Assembly: GCA_965261545.1 (NCBI GenBank) | Contig: CBDHDF010000006.1 | Location: forward strand, 64,001-128,000 | Length of the DNA stretch: 64,000 bases | Source of the DNA: Bdellovibrionales bacterium | Lineage (GTDB): Bacteria > Bdellovibrionota > Bdellovibrionia > Bdellovibrionales > UBA1609 | Direction of reading: 5' to 3' | In this document: positions 19,832-31,827 of the stretch, in pieces | Numbering within the stretch: the first letter of the stretch is position 1 | Layout of the letters: each line of letters opens with the position of its first letter | Position numbers and translations under genes: made by a program | Notes under the pieces: generated by a model | The model's database searches: none | What the model was told of the DNA's origin: nothing | The model's input: the letters and a program-made list of their open reading frames with translations, nothing else

Positions 19832-20890
19832 TTGGCAACAGATGTCGAAGTTGAAATTTCATCTCTGCTTCTCATGGAGCCAGACCCTTCCTGTATCGCA
19901 CACAACTTATGTCAGAAGATCCAAGCCTCAGAATATGATTTCAATGAAAAAATCACGTTTTTAAATGCACTCATCCATATAGGCTTTTATAAGGAGGCTC
20001 TCTCCAGCATTCTTGACCTTTGGAGGGAATATCCCAAGAACTTTGCTTGGAAGCCACTTTTATTTCTCCTTCTAAAGCTTGAAATTTACCCATCTCAGGA
20101 TTTGTTGGACACTGTTTTTGAAGGAGCCTATCAGCAAAATAGCATAGATGAACTCGGAGCTATAAAAAAGTGGGAAGTTTGGGATGGGCGCTTTAAAGAA
20201 GCCCATTTGACTGCACAAAAGAAAAAACAAAAAGAACTACAAGAGAAGGGCGCAGAACTACAAGACCGGGCTCAATTTCTTAGAACACAAAGAATATACG
20301 ATGAAGAGATCGCACTGCTCCAAAGACTCTCCGCTCTTTTCCCTAAAAACCAAAATATCAAAACGCAGCTTAAAGAGGCCGAGAGTCTATGGTCTAAGGC
20401 TGTCATATCGAAGGCATCCTATAATAAGGATAGCTGGTTACACTCACCAAAGAGATCTTCGAAAAGTACCGACCCATGGGAAAAGCAATGCGACCATTGG
20501 CTCCAATTTATTCTAGATACGGTTCAAGAAAAAAGAAATATGAAAAAAAAACAGATCTACCACTTAGGTTTATTCTTTAAATTTATTGAAGCTCCCCACC
20601 ACGCACTCAAAGTCTTAAAAAACCTTGAAGGCTTTGCTGTGGACTGGTTAAGGATTGACATTTATATTGACTCGGAGCAATATATTCTGGCCCTAGAAGA
20701 AATTTCCAAGGTAGAAAAAAAGTATGCCGAACACCCAGAAACAAGTTTTGCAGCAAATTACTCCAGGGGAATTGCATTAAAGCACCTCGGACAGGAGCCT
20801 GCAGCTATTGAATTTATGAAAAAAATTGTTCAAGTCAAGAGAGACTACAGGTCTGCCCTTCAGTACATTAAAGACTGGGAGTCGCCATGA
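19832..20890 (+). CDS. TPR-like protein
   Basis: 352-aa helical ORF with C-terminal TPR-like pattern. Confidence 0.7.
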   Translation: MATDVEVEISSLLLMEPDPSCIAHNLCQKIQASEYDFNEKITFLNALIHIGFYKEALSSILDLWREYPKNFAWKPLLFLLLKLEIYPSQDLLDTVFEGAYQQNSIDELGAIKKWEVWDGRFKEAHLTAQKKKQKELQEKGAELQDRAQFLRTQRIYDEEIALLQRLSALFPKNQNIKTQLKEAESLWSKAVISKASYNKDSWLHSPKRSSKSTDPWEKQCDHWLQFILDTVQEKRNMKKKQIYHLGLFFKFIEAPHHALKVLKNLEGFAVDWLRIDIYIDSEQYILALEEISKVEKKYAEHPETSFAANYSRGIALKHLGQEPAAIEFMKKIVQVKRDYRSALQYIKDWESP

Positions 20891-20915
20891 GTACAAACAA
20901 TCGCCCGTGGAAGCA

Positions 20916-23900
20916 ATGATGAGTCAACGAACTGTTATTAGAATGAGCGGACTCCTTTCTCTAACATGCCTTCTTATAGGCTTCTTATATAGCTACTACT
21001 CCCCAAGGCTGAAGTCGTGGCTTCTCTTGGAAATAGCGACTCAAAGCCAAAAACACCTCCATATAAAACTTCTTCCAGAGTCCTTGGAACTTACATTCTT
21101 GCCTCTAGGTCTCAGTATTCACAATATTCACATGACCCCACAGCCCCCTCTCAAAGATAACTTGGCTCCCACAAATATTGATCGTGTGGATATCTATTTT
21201 CAACTCTCACCACTGTTTCGTAAAAACCTTAAGCTCAAACACATTCATGTTACCGGAGGCACATTTAAATACACACAGCAACTATCTAAAAAATCAGCCC
21301 AAGAACCATCCCAAAAACCATCTGAAAAATCACCCCAAAAGAAAGATATAAATTTAGATTTATTATTAAATCTACCCATTGACCAGATCAGTACTGAAAA
21401 TGTGAATATCTATGTGAAAATGGAGAAAAAAGAAGAACACAATCTTAGAGAAGACACACTCATTCAAGCCATTGACTTAAAATCAAATTTAAGAATTGTC
21501 TCCGGACACATATATTTTGATGTACTTTCAAATAAGGTCATCTTTAAAAAAACAAATCCTCATGCTTCCATAAATATGGGCCTGTTTGCTCAGATACAAG
21601 TGAGCAAAGACCGAATTCAAATTGACTCAATAAAATTCACAAAGAATCGGTCATTTTTTAATATATCTGGTAAGATCAGTGGTCATCTTAATCAAAACCA
21701 ATACAACACCATCAATATCAAGACAGAGGGGGACATTAAGCTTGAAGACCTCACTCACATTATCAGCGGAGTCTTTCCTCAAAAGACAATTCCTCAAATG
21801 GAGGGAGATATTGACTTCAAGGTGCGAATCAACCATAAGAGAAAACAATCTCTTCTTTTAGATATTGATATTAAATCACAAAATACATATCTAAATAAAA
21901 TCGAAGTCGGGAATTTCCAAATCAAAGGAAAGAATAAGGGACGAAAATTTTTAACCTCTTTCTTTAGAATTGAAAATTCTGGAGCAAAAACGCAGATTCA
22001 TAATTTTAACATCCTCCTTAGAGATGAATATTATTTTTCTGGCGACATTGATCTTTCTTATTTTGAACTTAAAAATTTTTTAAATACTCTAAAAATAGAA
22101 AATACCCTTGTACATATGGATGCCAATGGAAATATTCCATGTGAAGGAAGGTTAAAGCCAGAGTTTGAATTAAACTGTCATTACGATCTAAAGATTCCAC
22201 TTCTTGAAGTTCAAAAAGATAATTATTCCCTCTCTCATACAACAAAATTGCCTAAATTATCTAAATTATCTAAATCGTCTAATAAAATGAAATTGGTTGG
22301 TAAATTAAAATTACCTCATAATAAAATAAAATCACCTCATAATAAAGTAAAATTAAAGAACATTTATGCCAAAGGAGAGGTATCCATTTCTTCTAAGAAG
22401 TTAACATACAAATCTGACATAGGCTTTCCCAGTGCCAAAGCCCAAACTCATGGGTCCGTAAGCTTTAATAAAGATTTTCTTTATATTAGCCACTATAAAG
22501 GAACAATAGAAAAGCTCTCAAATATTGATAACTTATTTGACCTAAACCTTTCTGGGTCAGTTCACATCAAAGGGACCGCACAAGGCAACATCACCGGGAA
22601 GCCAAAACATACTCTCATAGATATGAATCTCCAAGGAAGACATGGCTATCTCAAAGATTGGTTTCTGGGCCACCCCTCTTTTCATATGAAGTACCATCAA
22701 GGAATTTTAAAGTTTAGCGACCTTGAGGGAAGGTTCCATCAAACGAAATACCATGGCAATATCACCTTAGACTTTTTAAAAAATAATATCTCTTTAAACA
22801 TAGAAGCCCCTCTTCTTCGACTGAATATCTTTAATAATTCTTTTAAGAAGAAATTTAATATTAATCCTCGTCTTCATGGATCTGGAAAAGCTCACATGAA
22901 TCTATGGGGTCCTTTTTCAAAACTCAACTATAAACTCAAATCGAAATTTCATCGAGGAAGCCTTTATGGAGAAGGGTTTGATGTCCTAGAATGTCATATC
23001 TCATCAAAGAGTGGCGAGAGTTCTTTAGATAATGTTCTTATAAAAAGACGACAAAGCTCTTTGAAGCTGAGTGGCTTTGTAGAACACAACGGAAATATCG
23101 ATGCTCACCTATCAGGTCATCGCATTACCATCGAACAAATAGATAACTTAGAAAGTCTCGGCTTAGACCTCACCGGACAATTCGACTTTGAATCAAAAAT
23201 TCAAGGCCCTCATCAAAAACTCACGGCACAAATTGAAGGAACGATATCAAACACAATGGTGAGAGACGCTGCTATTAAAGATTCAACATTTAAAATACAC
23301 ACAACCGAAGACAAAATGTCTGGTCACTTTAATCTTCTTGGAGGTGAAATTGATTCAAAGTTTCACCTCCCTCTTAAAAAAGGAAACCCCTTTTCTTTGT
23401 CTATTTACACCAAAAATTGGGACTTTACAAAATTCTTCTCTATGTTCTCAGAATCTGTAGAAAAAAAGAGTTTCCAATCCAAGATGACCTCAGAAATTAA
23501 TTTAAGTAACGAAAATGGAAATTTATGGAAATCTAGTGGATATGGTCAAATATCTCGATTTGAGATATCTAGAGGACCTATCTTCATGTACGCACCTCAA
23601 ACTATGAAGATATTCTTTTCAAACGGAATTATGAAAACACAAAATTTTAAAATAATAGGAGAAAATACTTTTCTTGAAGTGATATCAGAAGGATCTTCAT
23701 ACGAAAAAATAAATATTGCACTCAATGGCATTTTAAACATGGGCTTGGGAATACTTATAACTCCATTTCTAAATGAACTCAATGGACGCCTTACATTTTC
23801 AAATCAAATATCCGGCCACCTCTTCGACCCATACATAAAAGGATCCATAGATATAAAAGATGCCTTTATTCAAATTAAAAAATTTCCTCATCCACTGGAA

Positions 23901-25082
23901 AATGTCTCTGCAGATCTTTTGTTTAGCAAAAAAAATCTTCTCATCAACACCTTTAAGGCTAATTTTGCTAGAGGAAGCATACAGTCCTGGGGCAAAGTTC
24001 ACTTTCTTGAAATAAATAAAGTGCCCATAGATATTAAAGCTAAATTTAAAGGTATTTCTTTGGATGTCCCCGAAGGAGTCCACACAAAGGGGGATGGAGA
24101 TATACATATTTCAGGAAATTATTTTCCCTATAAAGTTAGAGGACAATATAACATTTTAAGTGGTGGAGTGAAGAAGAACTTTTCGATACCAATATCAAGT
24201 TTTAAGAAAAGAGTCACACCCAGTATTATTCTTCCTGATTTTTTAAACAAAGCCAGAGAAACACCTATTGATCTCAAATTTGCATTGCATATTAATAATC
24301 CAATTAAAATACAAACACGAGTTAGCACTGTAGATATTAATACCCAAGTCCATGGACATGTCAAAGTAATGGGACCATATAATCAAATCATATTGAGAGG
24401 AACCCTTGAAACAATGGATGGCGGAGAAGTTAACTTCAGATCTAATATTTTTAATATAAAGACAGGTCGAATTGTCTATAGAGATTCTTCTCCCTTTGAC
24501 CCTGAAATACTTATTTCTGCCAACACGAGGGTCGGAGGATCAGACATTAACCTTGTCGCTCAAGGAAGACCAAGTTCACCTGAGATACATTTAACAAGTC
24601 GCCCCCCTATGCCAGAGCATGAAATTATATCTTTATTAGTTTTTGGACTCACATTAAAAAAATCATATACTCTTTCGCCGTCATCGATATTTGATGAAAA
24701 TAATCAAAGACAATCTACCTTTCAAGCAGCCTCTGCAATTTTTAATGAACAAATCGGTCTTACAAAAGAAATTAACAATCAACTTGGTATTCAAGTGGAT
24801 ATTTCTTCGTCCTATGACGAGACAACGGGAGCAATTATTCCATCTGTTGTCGCTCGAAAACAGTGGACACCTCAATTTGGAGCCTCCATTGCAAGAACTA
24901 TAGGTAACAAAGAACCTACCAATCTTCTGAGAACGGAGTATCGTATTAATAATAATGTTTCATTCGTAGGATCATTTAAACAAAAAGAAAATAGCTCAAC
25001 AGAGACTGATATAAAAAATTCTAATATTTTTGGACTCGATTTGGAATATAAATTTGAATTCAATCTAGATGATGACAAATGA
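20916..25082 (+). CDS. Translocation/assembly module TamB-like protein
   Basis: N-terminal anchor, long beta-rich body, C-terminal DUF490-like region (FDPEI..., LTSRPPMPEHEIISLLVFG); upstream of an Omp85 gene. Confidence 0.85.
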   Translation: MMSQRTVIRMSGLLSLTCLLIGFLYSYYSPRLKSWLLLEIATQSQKHLHIKLLPESLELTFLPLGLSIHNIHMTPQPPLKDNLAPTNIDRVDIYFQLSPLFRKNLKLKHIHVTGGTFKYTQQLSKKSAQEPSQKPSEKSPQKKDINLDLLLNLPIDQISTENVNIYVKMEKKEEHNLREDTLIQAIDLKSNLRIVSGHIYFDVLSNKVIFKKTNPHASINMGLFAQIQVSKDRIQIDSIKFTKNRSFFNISGKISGHLNQNQYNTINIKTEGDIKLEDLTHIISGVFPQKTIPQMEGDIDFKVRINHKRKQSLLLDIDIKSQNTYLNKIEVGNFQIKGKNKGRKFLTSFFRIENSGAKTQIHNFNILLRDEYYFSGDIDLSYFELKNFLNTLKIENTLVHMDANGNIPCEGRLKPEFELNCHYDLKIPLLEVQKDNYSLSHTTKLPKLSKLSKSSNKMKLVGKLKLPHNKIKSPHNKVKLKNIYAKGEVSISSKKLTYKSDIGFPSAKAQTHGSVSFNKDFLYISHYKGTIEKLSNIDNLFDLNLSGSVHIKGTAQGNITGKPKHTLIDMNLQGRHGYLKDWFLGHPSFHMKYHQGILKFSDLEGRFHQTKYHGNITLDFLKNNISLNIEAPLLRLNIFNNSFKKKFNINPRLHGSGKAHMNLWGPFSKLNYKLKSKFHRGSLYGEGFDVLECHISSKSGESSLDNVLIKRRQSSLKLSGFVEHNGNIDAHLSGHRITIEQIDNLESLGLDLTGQFDFESKIQGPHQKLTAQIEGTISNTMVRDAAIKDSTFKIHTTEDKMSGHFNLLGGEIDSKFHLPLKKGNPFSLSIYTKNWDFTKFFSMFSESVEKKSFQSKMTSEINLSNENGNLWKSSGYGQISRFEISRGPIFMYAPQTMKIFFSNGIMKTQNFKIIGENTFLEVISEGSSYEKINIALNGILNMGLGILITPFLNELNGRLTFSNQISGHLFDPYIKGSIDIKDAFIQIKKFPHPLENVSADLLFSKKNLLINTFKANFARGSIQSWGKVHFLEINKVPIDIKAKFKGISLDVPEGVHTKGDGDIHISGNYFPYKVRGQYNILSGGVKKNFSIPISSFKKRVTPSIILPDFLNKARETPIDLKFALHINNPIKIQTRVSTVDINTQVHGHVKVMGPYNQIILRGTLETMDGGEVNFRSNIFNIKTGRIVYRDSSPFDPEILISANTRVGGSDINLVAQGRPSSPEIHLTSRPPMPEHEIISLLVFGLTLKKSYTLSPSSIFDENNQRQSTFQAASAIFNEQIGLTKEINNQLGIQVDISSSYDETTGAIIPSVVARKQWTPQFGASIARTIGNKEPTNLLRTEYRINNNVSFVGSFKQKENSSTETDIKNSNIFGLDLEYKFEFNLDDDK

Positions 25083-28045
25083 ATATAGATATGACTATGA
25101 CTATAAAAAAAATCATTATATTTTTCGCATTCATCCTTTCTTTTAGCCAAACCACGATGGCTAGGGAACAATTTTTGTTCGAATCTATATCAGAATCAGA
25201 TATCAAGTCTATCAAAAAAAAATTTCTTAATCACCAAAAATCTTCACCCAATAATCAAATCATCCTCCCTCCCAAGGCCAACACACCCCTTCAACTCAAT
25301 ATTTCTCTCGGAGACAAGATTATTAAATACTTAATGATGACGGAACGATATAAATCTGTCTCCCTCATAAAAAGCCAAAAAGGTCTTATTATTAAGGGAG
25401 AAAAATCTCGTATTATTAGAAAAATTTCTATTAAAGGAAATAAAATTATAAGCAATAAAAAGATTGCTTCTTTCACCTCCTTATCTGAAGGTCAAGGCAT
25501 GAATCGCTCTTCTTTGATTCAAGGGGTAAGCGCAATCAAAAAATATTATAGCGAGAGAGGTTATATCAACGTCAACGTTCAAGTAAAAATAGTCTCTACT
25601 GGCAAGGATGGCATTCACCTCAAGTATGTCATTGAAGAAAATGAGCCTTGCTTAGCTGACAACATTGTTATTACAACGACTAATAATAAAATAAAGAAGA
25701 AAATTCTATCAAAAATAAAAAAATATAAGAACAAAGTATTTTCTAACAAACTTATTTTTAAAATAGACGAATCTATCAAAAATACCCTCCAAGAAAATAG
25801 ATATATAACTTCCCAATTGGAACAGGTCCAAGCCATTTATAACGAAAAAAAGACACGTGTAAAAATAGAGTATAAAATAAGAAATCCCTATAAATATGAA
25901 ATATATATTTTTGGCAACAAGGAGTACTCAAGATCATCAATTTTGCGCACCTTCGGCATTAAAAAAGTTCAATCACACAATATTGATCCTGTTAATGAGA
26001 TGCGAATTCAACTTAAAGATCGCTATAAGAGGGATGGATTCATTCATGTTAAAGTTGACTACACAATAGAGTCTCACCTATCCTCATTCATCAAAAAAGT
26101 AGTATTTAAAATAACCGAGGGACCAAAAGTAAAAATAAATAAAATCAAAGTTTCTGGAATTTTGAAGAAAAAATCTAAACGATATGAAGAATTTATCAGT
26201 CAAAATAGTTCAGATTTAGTAGCTTCAGGATACTACAATTTAGAAGATATTAAAATAGGAAGGGATAATCTTATCGCTCACCTAAGAAACCAAGGTTACC
26301 TTCAGGCGATTCATATTTCAACATCTATAAAATATCTGAATCGAGATAAATCATTGGGGGATATATCCATTCTTATTGATGAAGGTTTGCCAACAAAAAT
26401 TCATCATATTAAATTTACAGGTGCTAATTTTTTTACAAACCAACAACTCATAAAACAAGTAGGCATAAAGGTCGGATCCCCTTTGAAAAATCAACATGTA
26501 AAGGACGGTGTACAAAAATTAAAAGATTTTTATGCAAACCAAGGATTCTTGGATTTTTATGTGAGAAATGAGGAATCAAAAAATATCATAACCCCCAAAA
26601 AACCAATCATTCAGTTCAATAATCTTAATAATCAAGAAGACTTAAACTTTAATCATCAAGTAGATTTAGCTTTTATGATTTATGAAGGTCCTCAAATCAA
26701 AGTGGCCTCTATTCTTATAGAAGGCCACTCTATCACCAAAGATTATGTCATCCTCAAAGAACTTAACTTTAATGTCGGCGATGTTCTCACACGAAAGAAC
26801 ATACTCCTCTCACAGAAGGCTCTGAATCGCCTCGGTATTTTTTCTCAGGTTGACATTCAAGTTCTTGGGCAAGGAACAACGAATTCCTGGCGCACCGTGC
26901 TTATTCGCATTCGTGAAGCCAACCCAGGATCCTTTAAAACGGGCCTGGGGCTTACCAATGAAAGGCAGCTAACAGGCCGCTCTTATGTAGGAGCTGCCTA
27001 CAACAATATCAGAGGTACTTCACGGTCCTTAAGCGGGCGCCTTGACTACCAAGTAAGCCTTGTTGAAAAAAGAGCCTCCAATGAGTTGCAAGCCACTATG
27101 GGCTACTTAGAACCTTATCTTTTCGATTCCATGTGGCGTGGGCGTATCAACTCCATTGCCGCCAAAGAACTACGGGATCAAGATGAACAGGTAGAGAGGT
27201 ATGCAATAAGCCAAACACTCGACCTCATCCTTGAGAAGAATTTTAGCCAAGAAATCACGTTCAATTGGACTCTTTTAAGCTGGACCCAAAGACGCCTTGA
27301 TATTGAACCCAAACCAAATTCAAGTTTAAGCCGAAAAACCTTAAACGAACTCAAAATTGCTCAAATAGGGCCTAGCCTAGACTTTGAGTATAGGGACAGC
27401 CCCTTTCTCCCCACAAAGGGCTACTATGGTAAACTGAGTGCATTTTATGCCTCTCCATTACTGGGCAGTTCAGACCCCGTGCACTTTTTTAAGATGGAAG
27501 GAAATTTTCGACATTATTTACCCATCGGAGAAACTCGATGGATTTGGGCCAACTCTTACAGTGCAGGCTATATAAAAGATATTCTAGGAAATAATGGACA
27601 AAGCGGCATTCCATTTCTCTCCTTTTTCTTTCTCGGTGGGCAAAGATCCATTCGTGGATTTGGCGGCAGTGATGAGCTGGAAAGAATTCCCAGTAGTGAT
27701 ACACTCAGCCTTAGCGATCCCAGTAGTTCCACACAATTAAGACAGGCCGAACTTATCCAAACAGAAAAAGCTTTTTATGGCCTTTTCCGCTCTGAAATCC
27801 GATTTCCCATTAAAGGAGTGTTTGGTGGTGTTCTTTTCTATGATGTGGGCGGGGTTCATATGTCAGATATATCTCAGAGAAAAACTTGGAGGCAAAGCTT
27901 TGGAGTCGGCCTGAGATTAAATTCACCCTTCGGACCTATTGTCCTCGATTATGCACGAAAAATCAATCCTTTGTCTGGCATTGGACGCTATGGCCAACAA
28001 AATGAGCGAGAGAGTAAAATTCATGTTTCTATTGGTACTTTTTAA
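25079..28045 (+). CDS. BamA/TamA (Omp85) family outer-membrane protein with multiple POTRA domains
   Basis: POTRA repeats (I.I.GN, Y...GY), GGQRSIRGF, GVGLRLNSPFGPIVLDYA, terminal F. Confidence 0.92.
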   Translation: MNIDMTMTIKKIIIFFAFILSFSQTTMAREQFLFESISESDIKSIKKKFLNHQKSSPNNQIILPPKANTPLQLNISLGDKIIKYLMMTERYKSVSLIKSQKGLIIKGEKSRIIRKISIKGNKIISNKKIASFTSLSEGQGMNRSSLIQGVSAIKKYYSERGYINVNVQVKIVSTGKDGIHLKYVIEENEPCLADNIVITTTNNKIKKKILSKIKKYKNKVFSNKLIFKIDESIKNTLQENRYITSQLEQVQAIYNEKKTRVKIEYKIRNPYKYEIYIFGNKEYSRSSILRTFGIKKVQSHNIDPVNEMRIQLKDRYKRDGFIHVKVDYTIESHLSSFIKKVVFKITEGPKVKINKIKVSGILKKKSKRYEEFISQNSSDLVASGYYNLEDIKIGRDNLIAHLRNQGYLQAIHISTSIKYLNRDKSLGDISILIDEGLPTKIHHIKFTGANFFTNQQLIKQVGIKVGSPLKNQHVKDGVQKLKDFYANQGFLDFYVRNEESKNIITPKKPIIQFNNLNNQEDLNFNHQVDLAFMIYEGPQIKVASILIEGHSITKDYVILKELNFNVGDVLTRKNILLSQKALNRLGIFSQVDIQVLGQGTTNSWRTVLIRIREANPGSFKTGLGLTNERQLTGRSYVGAAYNNIRGTSRSLSGRLDYQVSLVEKRASNELQATMGYLEPYLFDSMWRGRINSIAAKELRDQDEQVERYAISQTLDLILEKNFSQEITFNWTLLSWTQRRLDIEPKPNSSLSRKTLNELKIAQIGPSLDFEYRDSPFLPTKGYYGKLSAFYASPLLGSSDPVHFFKMEGNFRHYLPIGETRWIWANSYSAGYIKDILGNNGQSGIPFLSFFFLGGQRSIRGFGGSDELERIPSSDTLSLSDPSSSTQLRQAELIQTEKAFYGLFRSEIRFPIKGVFGGVLFYDVGGVHMSDISQRKTWRQSFGVGLRLNSPFGPIVLDYARKINPLSGIGRYGQQNERESKIHVSIGTF

Positions 28046-28115
28046 AAAAATCCGTGCCAATCAATTGACAAAACAAGCAATTGACAAAACAAGAAAAATT
28101 TGGAACAATTATATA

Positions 28116-28894
28116 ATGACTCTTGTATCTTCTTCAAATCAAGGAGGTTTCACGATCACCGCAGCACTGATGTCTGTGGCTATCGTGGGCGTAGGTATGT
28201 CTGCCATGATAAGCATGCTTTCGTTTCAACATAGAGAACTTCAGTCCATCAAAGAGCAGCTTATTAGTTCCAATATAAAACAATTTATCCTACAAACCAT
28301 GAAAGATTTGAGAAAATGCGATTGTCACTTCAATTCATCTTTGAACTCCGGCCCCTTCAACGGTGAAGCTGTAGGGCCTTTCACCATCGACATGACAACA
28401 CCACCCATTGGAGACATTAACCTAGGCAGCCTCCGCACAGGTTGTGATTTCACAGGAACGAACAATATCATCGTCGCGGCAGGAGCAACCATTAAAAATA
28501 TGGGACGGCTAAAGACAAAATCGGTCCGAGCAAAAAAGATTCAGCCCACAACAACCCTCGGAGAGTATCAAGCTGAACTTACGGTGGATTTTGAAACACC
28601 AAATCGCCCCCTCAGGCCCGTCGTCGTAGATATTCTTCTTTCTGTTGACACCACGGTAGCTGGTGCCCAAAGCCCATAACTCACTGTGGCCCGACACTGG
28701 TTGCAGCAGCCAGCAACACAGATTCTGCCGTGTACAAATATAAAACTCAGTTCGATAACTTCATTGAAAATACAGAGTTTAGTATCCTAACCCCCGGCAG
28801 CACCATTGTTCAATGCTTTAAAAAAACATTTCGATGTTCTGGAGAGCATAACCTATCCACATCCACCTGCGATTACTCTTCAAGAGGTATTTAT
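28116..28894 (+). pseudogene. Type IV pilin/pseudopilin-like protein, frameshifted near 28670 and truncated by IS21-B
   Basis: NQGG|FTI prepilin-like cleavage site plus hydrophobic helix; adding one A gives an open frame up to the IS end. Confidence 0.7.
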
Positions 28895-29246
28895 TGCTGA
28901 ATTTCACGAGTTTGACCCACTGAATTTCACGAGTTTGACCCACTGAATTTCACGAAGTTTGACCCACCCCTCAGTCAGTCAATTTGAGGTCCAATTTTGA
29001 ATTTCACGGTGGCTCAAACTTTGTCAATTTAAACCTTCTTTTTTCTGCTGACTCAGTAACTTTTACACCCTCAATGTCACGATGTCCCAACGGTGGGTTA
29101 AGGCTTATTTGCCAGAATGTTAGATGCCAACTAAAATTGGCCACTTTGTCATTGAGAATCTCGGCCCTTCCCATTTTTGAGGTTTCAATGGAGGGTTTTT
29201 CGATGGGGATGTTGAACCCATGGCTCAAAATGGCAGAGAATAGCGA

Positions 29247-29344
29247 GCCAGTTATCCACAAATTTATCCATGGTGACGCTGCGTCTGTGACCCCGATGTC
29301 TATCAACGCAGCGCTGCCGTGGGTAAATTTTGTGGATAACTGGC
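29247..29344. repeat. DnaA-box-bounded hairpin cassette, copy in IS21-B
   Basis: 8 differences in 98 bp from the IS21-A copy by manual alignment. Confidence 0.9.
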
Positions 29345-29433
29345 GGGTACATGATTCAATAGTTCCGATGGAGTGTCTCCCGATGGTGTCTTCTGATGGT
29401 GTCTTCTAAGGTCTGCTTTTGCATGGATTCTCC

Positions 29434-30162
29434 TTAAATCGTCTTTCTCTGCCTAAATGAGCTTCCAGACATGGCTATTTTGATAGCTTGAGAGGTTATG
29501 CGATCCATAATAGCTTCACAAACGATGGGATCCCCAATGACTTCACTCCAATTTTTTATTGGAAGTTGGGTTGTAAGAATGAGGCTCAGGTCAGGGCCTC
29601 GTTCATCAATCACATCGTAAAGGTCTTGATATTGGCTGGAGGTAAGGGGTTTGATACCAAAGTCATCCAACACAAGTATAGAGATTGATTTTAGCCTTTT
29701 AAGGAAGTTTAGATATGTCCCCTGGGCTCTTTCTAAGTTGAATTTTTCAACAAGAGTATTCATTCTGAAGAACTGAGTGGAAAAACCCTGGCGACAGGCG
29801 TGATTGCCTATGGCACAAGCCAAATATGACTTTCCAACACCTGTTGGGCCAGAGATAATTATATTTTGACCTCTTTGAGCAAATCTCATAAGGGCTAGAT
29901 CACTCAAAACTCTTCGATCGACTCCTCGGCTGGGCTTGGTTTCAAAGGCCTCAAGGCTTGCTTTTTGCTTCAAAGCTGCTCTTTTGATAAGTCTTAAGAC
30001 CTTCTGATTGTCACGATGGATTTTTTCGTCCTCAAAGATGACATTTAGAAAGTCCTCGTAACCAAGATCCTGCTCCTCAGCTTCTTTGAGCCTCTGGCTC
30101 AAGGTTGCTAAAACTCCCCTCATTTTTAATATCTCTAATAAATTTTCTGTTTGTTTAATCAT
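29434..30162 (-). CDS. istB: IS21-B IstB ATPase
   Basis: GPTGVGKS, VLDDFG, TTQLP, AIMDRI. Confidence 0.96.
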   Translation of the reverse strand: MIKQTENLLEILKMRGVLATLSQRLKEAEEQDLGYEDFLNVIFEDEKIHRDNQKVLRLIKRAALKQKASLEAFETKPSRGVDRRVLSDLALMRFAQRGQNIIISGPTGVGKSYLACAIGNHACRQGFSTQFFRMNTLVEKFNLERAQGTYLNFLKRLKSISILVLDDFGIKPLTSSQYQDLYDVIDERGPDLSLILTTQLPIKNWSEVIGDPIVCEAIMDRITSQAIKIAMSGSSFRQRKTI

Positions 30163-31827
30163 TTTCTTCTCCTATACGACCTCTCTTATGGAGGTCAAAA
30201 TGACCCGTTAGGTGGTTGAGAACCACCCACCGGGGCTATGTGATTAGTGGCGGCAAGCATTCTCCCAGTGCTCTGAACCTCTTAAATTTTCATTAGGTTG
30301 ACGGCAGACTCTTGGCTCCTCTTTTCGATGACTTTTTGCTGAAATGACTTTCTCAACTCCACGAACCCTAATGTCACTTAAAGCTGCATCTACAAAAAAT
30401 GAGCAAGCCTGCTCCAAAGAAGCTGTTGAATACCGTTTTCTTAGATTGAGTATCCCCTGAACACGACGAAGATACATAAGCGGATGGCGAGGCTCTTTGA
30501 TAAGCCGCTCGGCAACTTTGTGAATGCTTTCTCCAAGGCTTGATGCCTCTTTAAGTACATTTTGTGGCGTTTGCTCTAAAATGGGCCGGTGGGACTCAGG
30601 GAGATGAGATTTTGTCGTAAAGTAGCGCCCTCGACTGCCCTGGGGGATGTGATGTATCGCCACCCGCTCTAATTCTGAATAAACCTCCAAGCATTGTTGG
30701 CTAATACGAATATCTAATTTCTTGCCGCGATGCTTATAAGGAACAGAGTAAAAATTGTAGTTATATTGAATGTGACAATCCGGATGAACCTTGGCATGCT
30801 TCCAGAATCCACTCTCATAGCGTCTTTCAGGAAGAGGATTCAATTTTGACTTCTCAAAAGATTCAAACTTCTGTCGACGACTCAACCCATACTTTTTTTG
30901 AATACGATCATTGAAAATAGCTGCCAAATGCTTCAACTCAGCGTTGATGTCTGCTAGAGAATACATTTGTCGCTCTCTTATCTGGGGCCAAGACCAGCGC
31001 CAAAAGACTCCAAGGGTATTTTCGATAAGACTCTTGTCTTTGGGATGAGATGGCCTCATCGCCAAAGGAGCCACATTGTAGTGATCACACAAGAGGTGAA
31101 ACTCAGAGTTAATATCGGGATCATAAGTATCAGCTCTTGTCACTTGAACCTTTGCGTTATCAAAAGCAATGGTTTCGGTCACACCACCAAAAAACTCAAA
31201 ACCAGAAGCTATGGAGGAAAAAACATCTTCCCGCTGCTCTGTTAATGTGGCGCAGGGAAAGAAAAACTGACTCGATGGAAGTATCATCCCAAATAATCGA
31301 CATTGGATGAACTCCCCAGTCTTGGTATCTGTATAGCCAAAACAAGAGTCTTTTCCCTTATAGTCAAATTCACTCCGCTCACCAGGGGTGAATGTCTGGT
31401 GCATATCAAGCTTTATACTTGGGTGCCTCCGACGAAACTCTCTCCAAAAAGAAAGATAACTCACACCGTCAATCTCGGACTGAATATGTCGCTCCCAGTA
31501 ATGAGCTAATTGAGTCCCTAGGTGTTAGGCGCCAATTAAAATTGGCCATTTTTAGAAGCCGTCGCCAATGAAAAACGGCCAGTTGATGATGTACTGATTT
31601 AGTTATTCTTCGTTCAGAGTTTAGTCAAGTGTCTTTATTTTGCTCATCATTTAACTCGGACTATGCCACAAGATTCTGAGGAATGATTTTCTGCCCACCA
31701 CTTTTGGCATGACCCCAAATGCATCCTTCAGCCCTATGGCAGAGGTAAATGGAGTATTTTTCAGGATTCCTTGGCGCAGCTAATGTCTAAAGCTCCGCGA
31801 GAGTGACGAGCAAATAGTACGGTAAAA

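Noticed and set aside
28895..28968. CRISPR-like tandem repeats (also 35075-35164)
   Set aside because: No spacers; they are IS21-B terminal transposase-binding repeats mirrored at both ends
28984..29409. ORFs on both strands in the IS21-B 3' region (also 901-1092, 6061-6258, 31787-32077)
   Set aside because: Run through the hairpin cassette or overlap istB; no RBS or family signal
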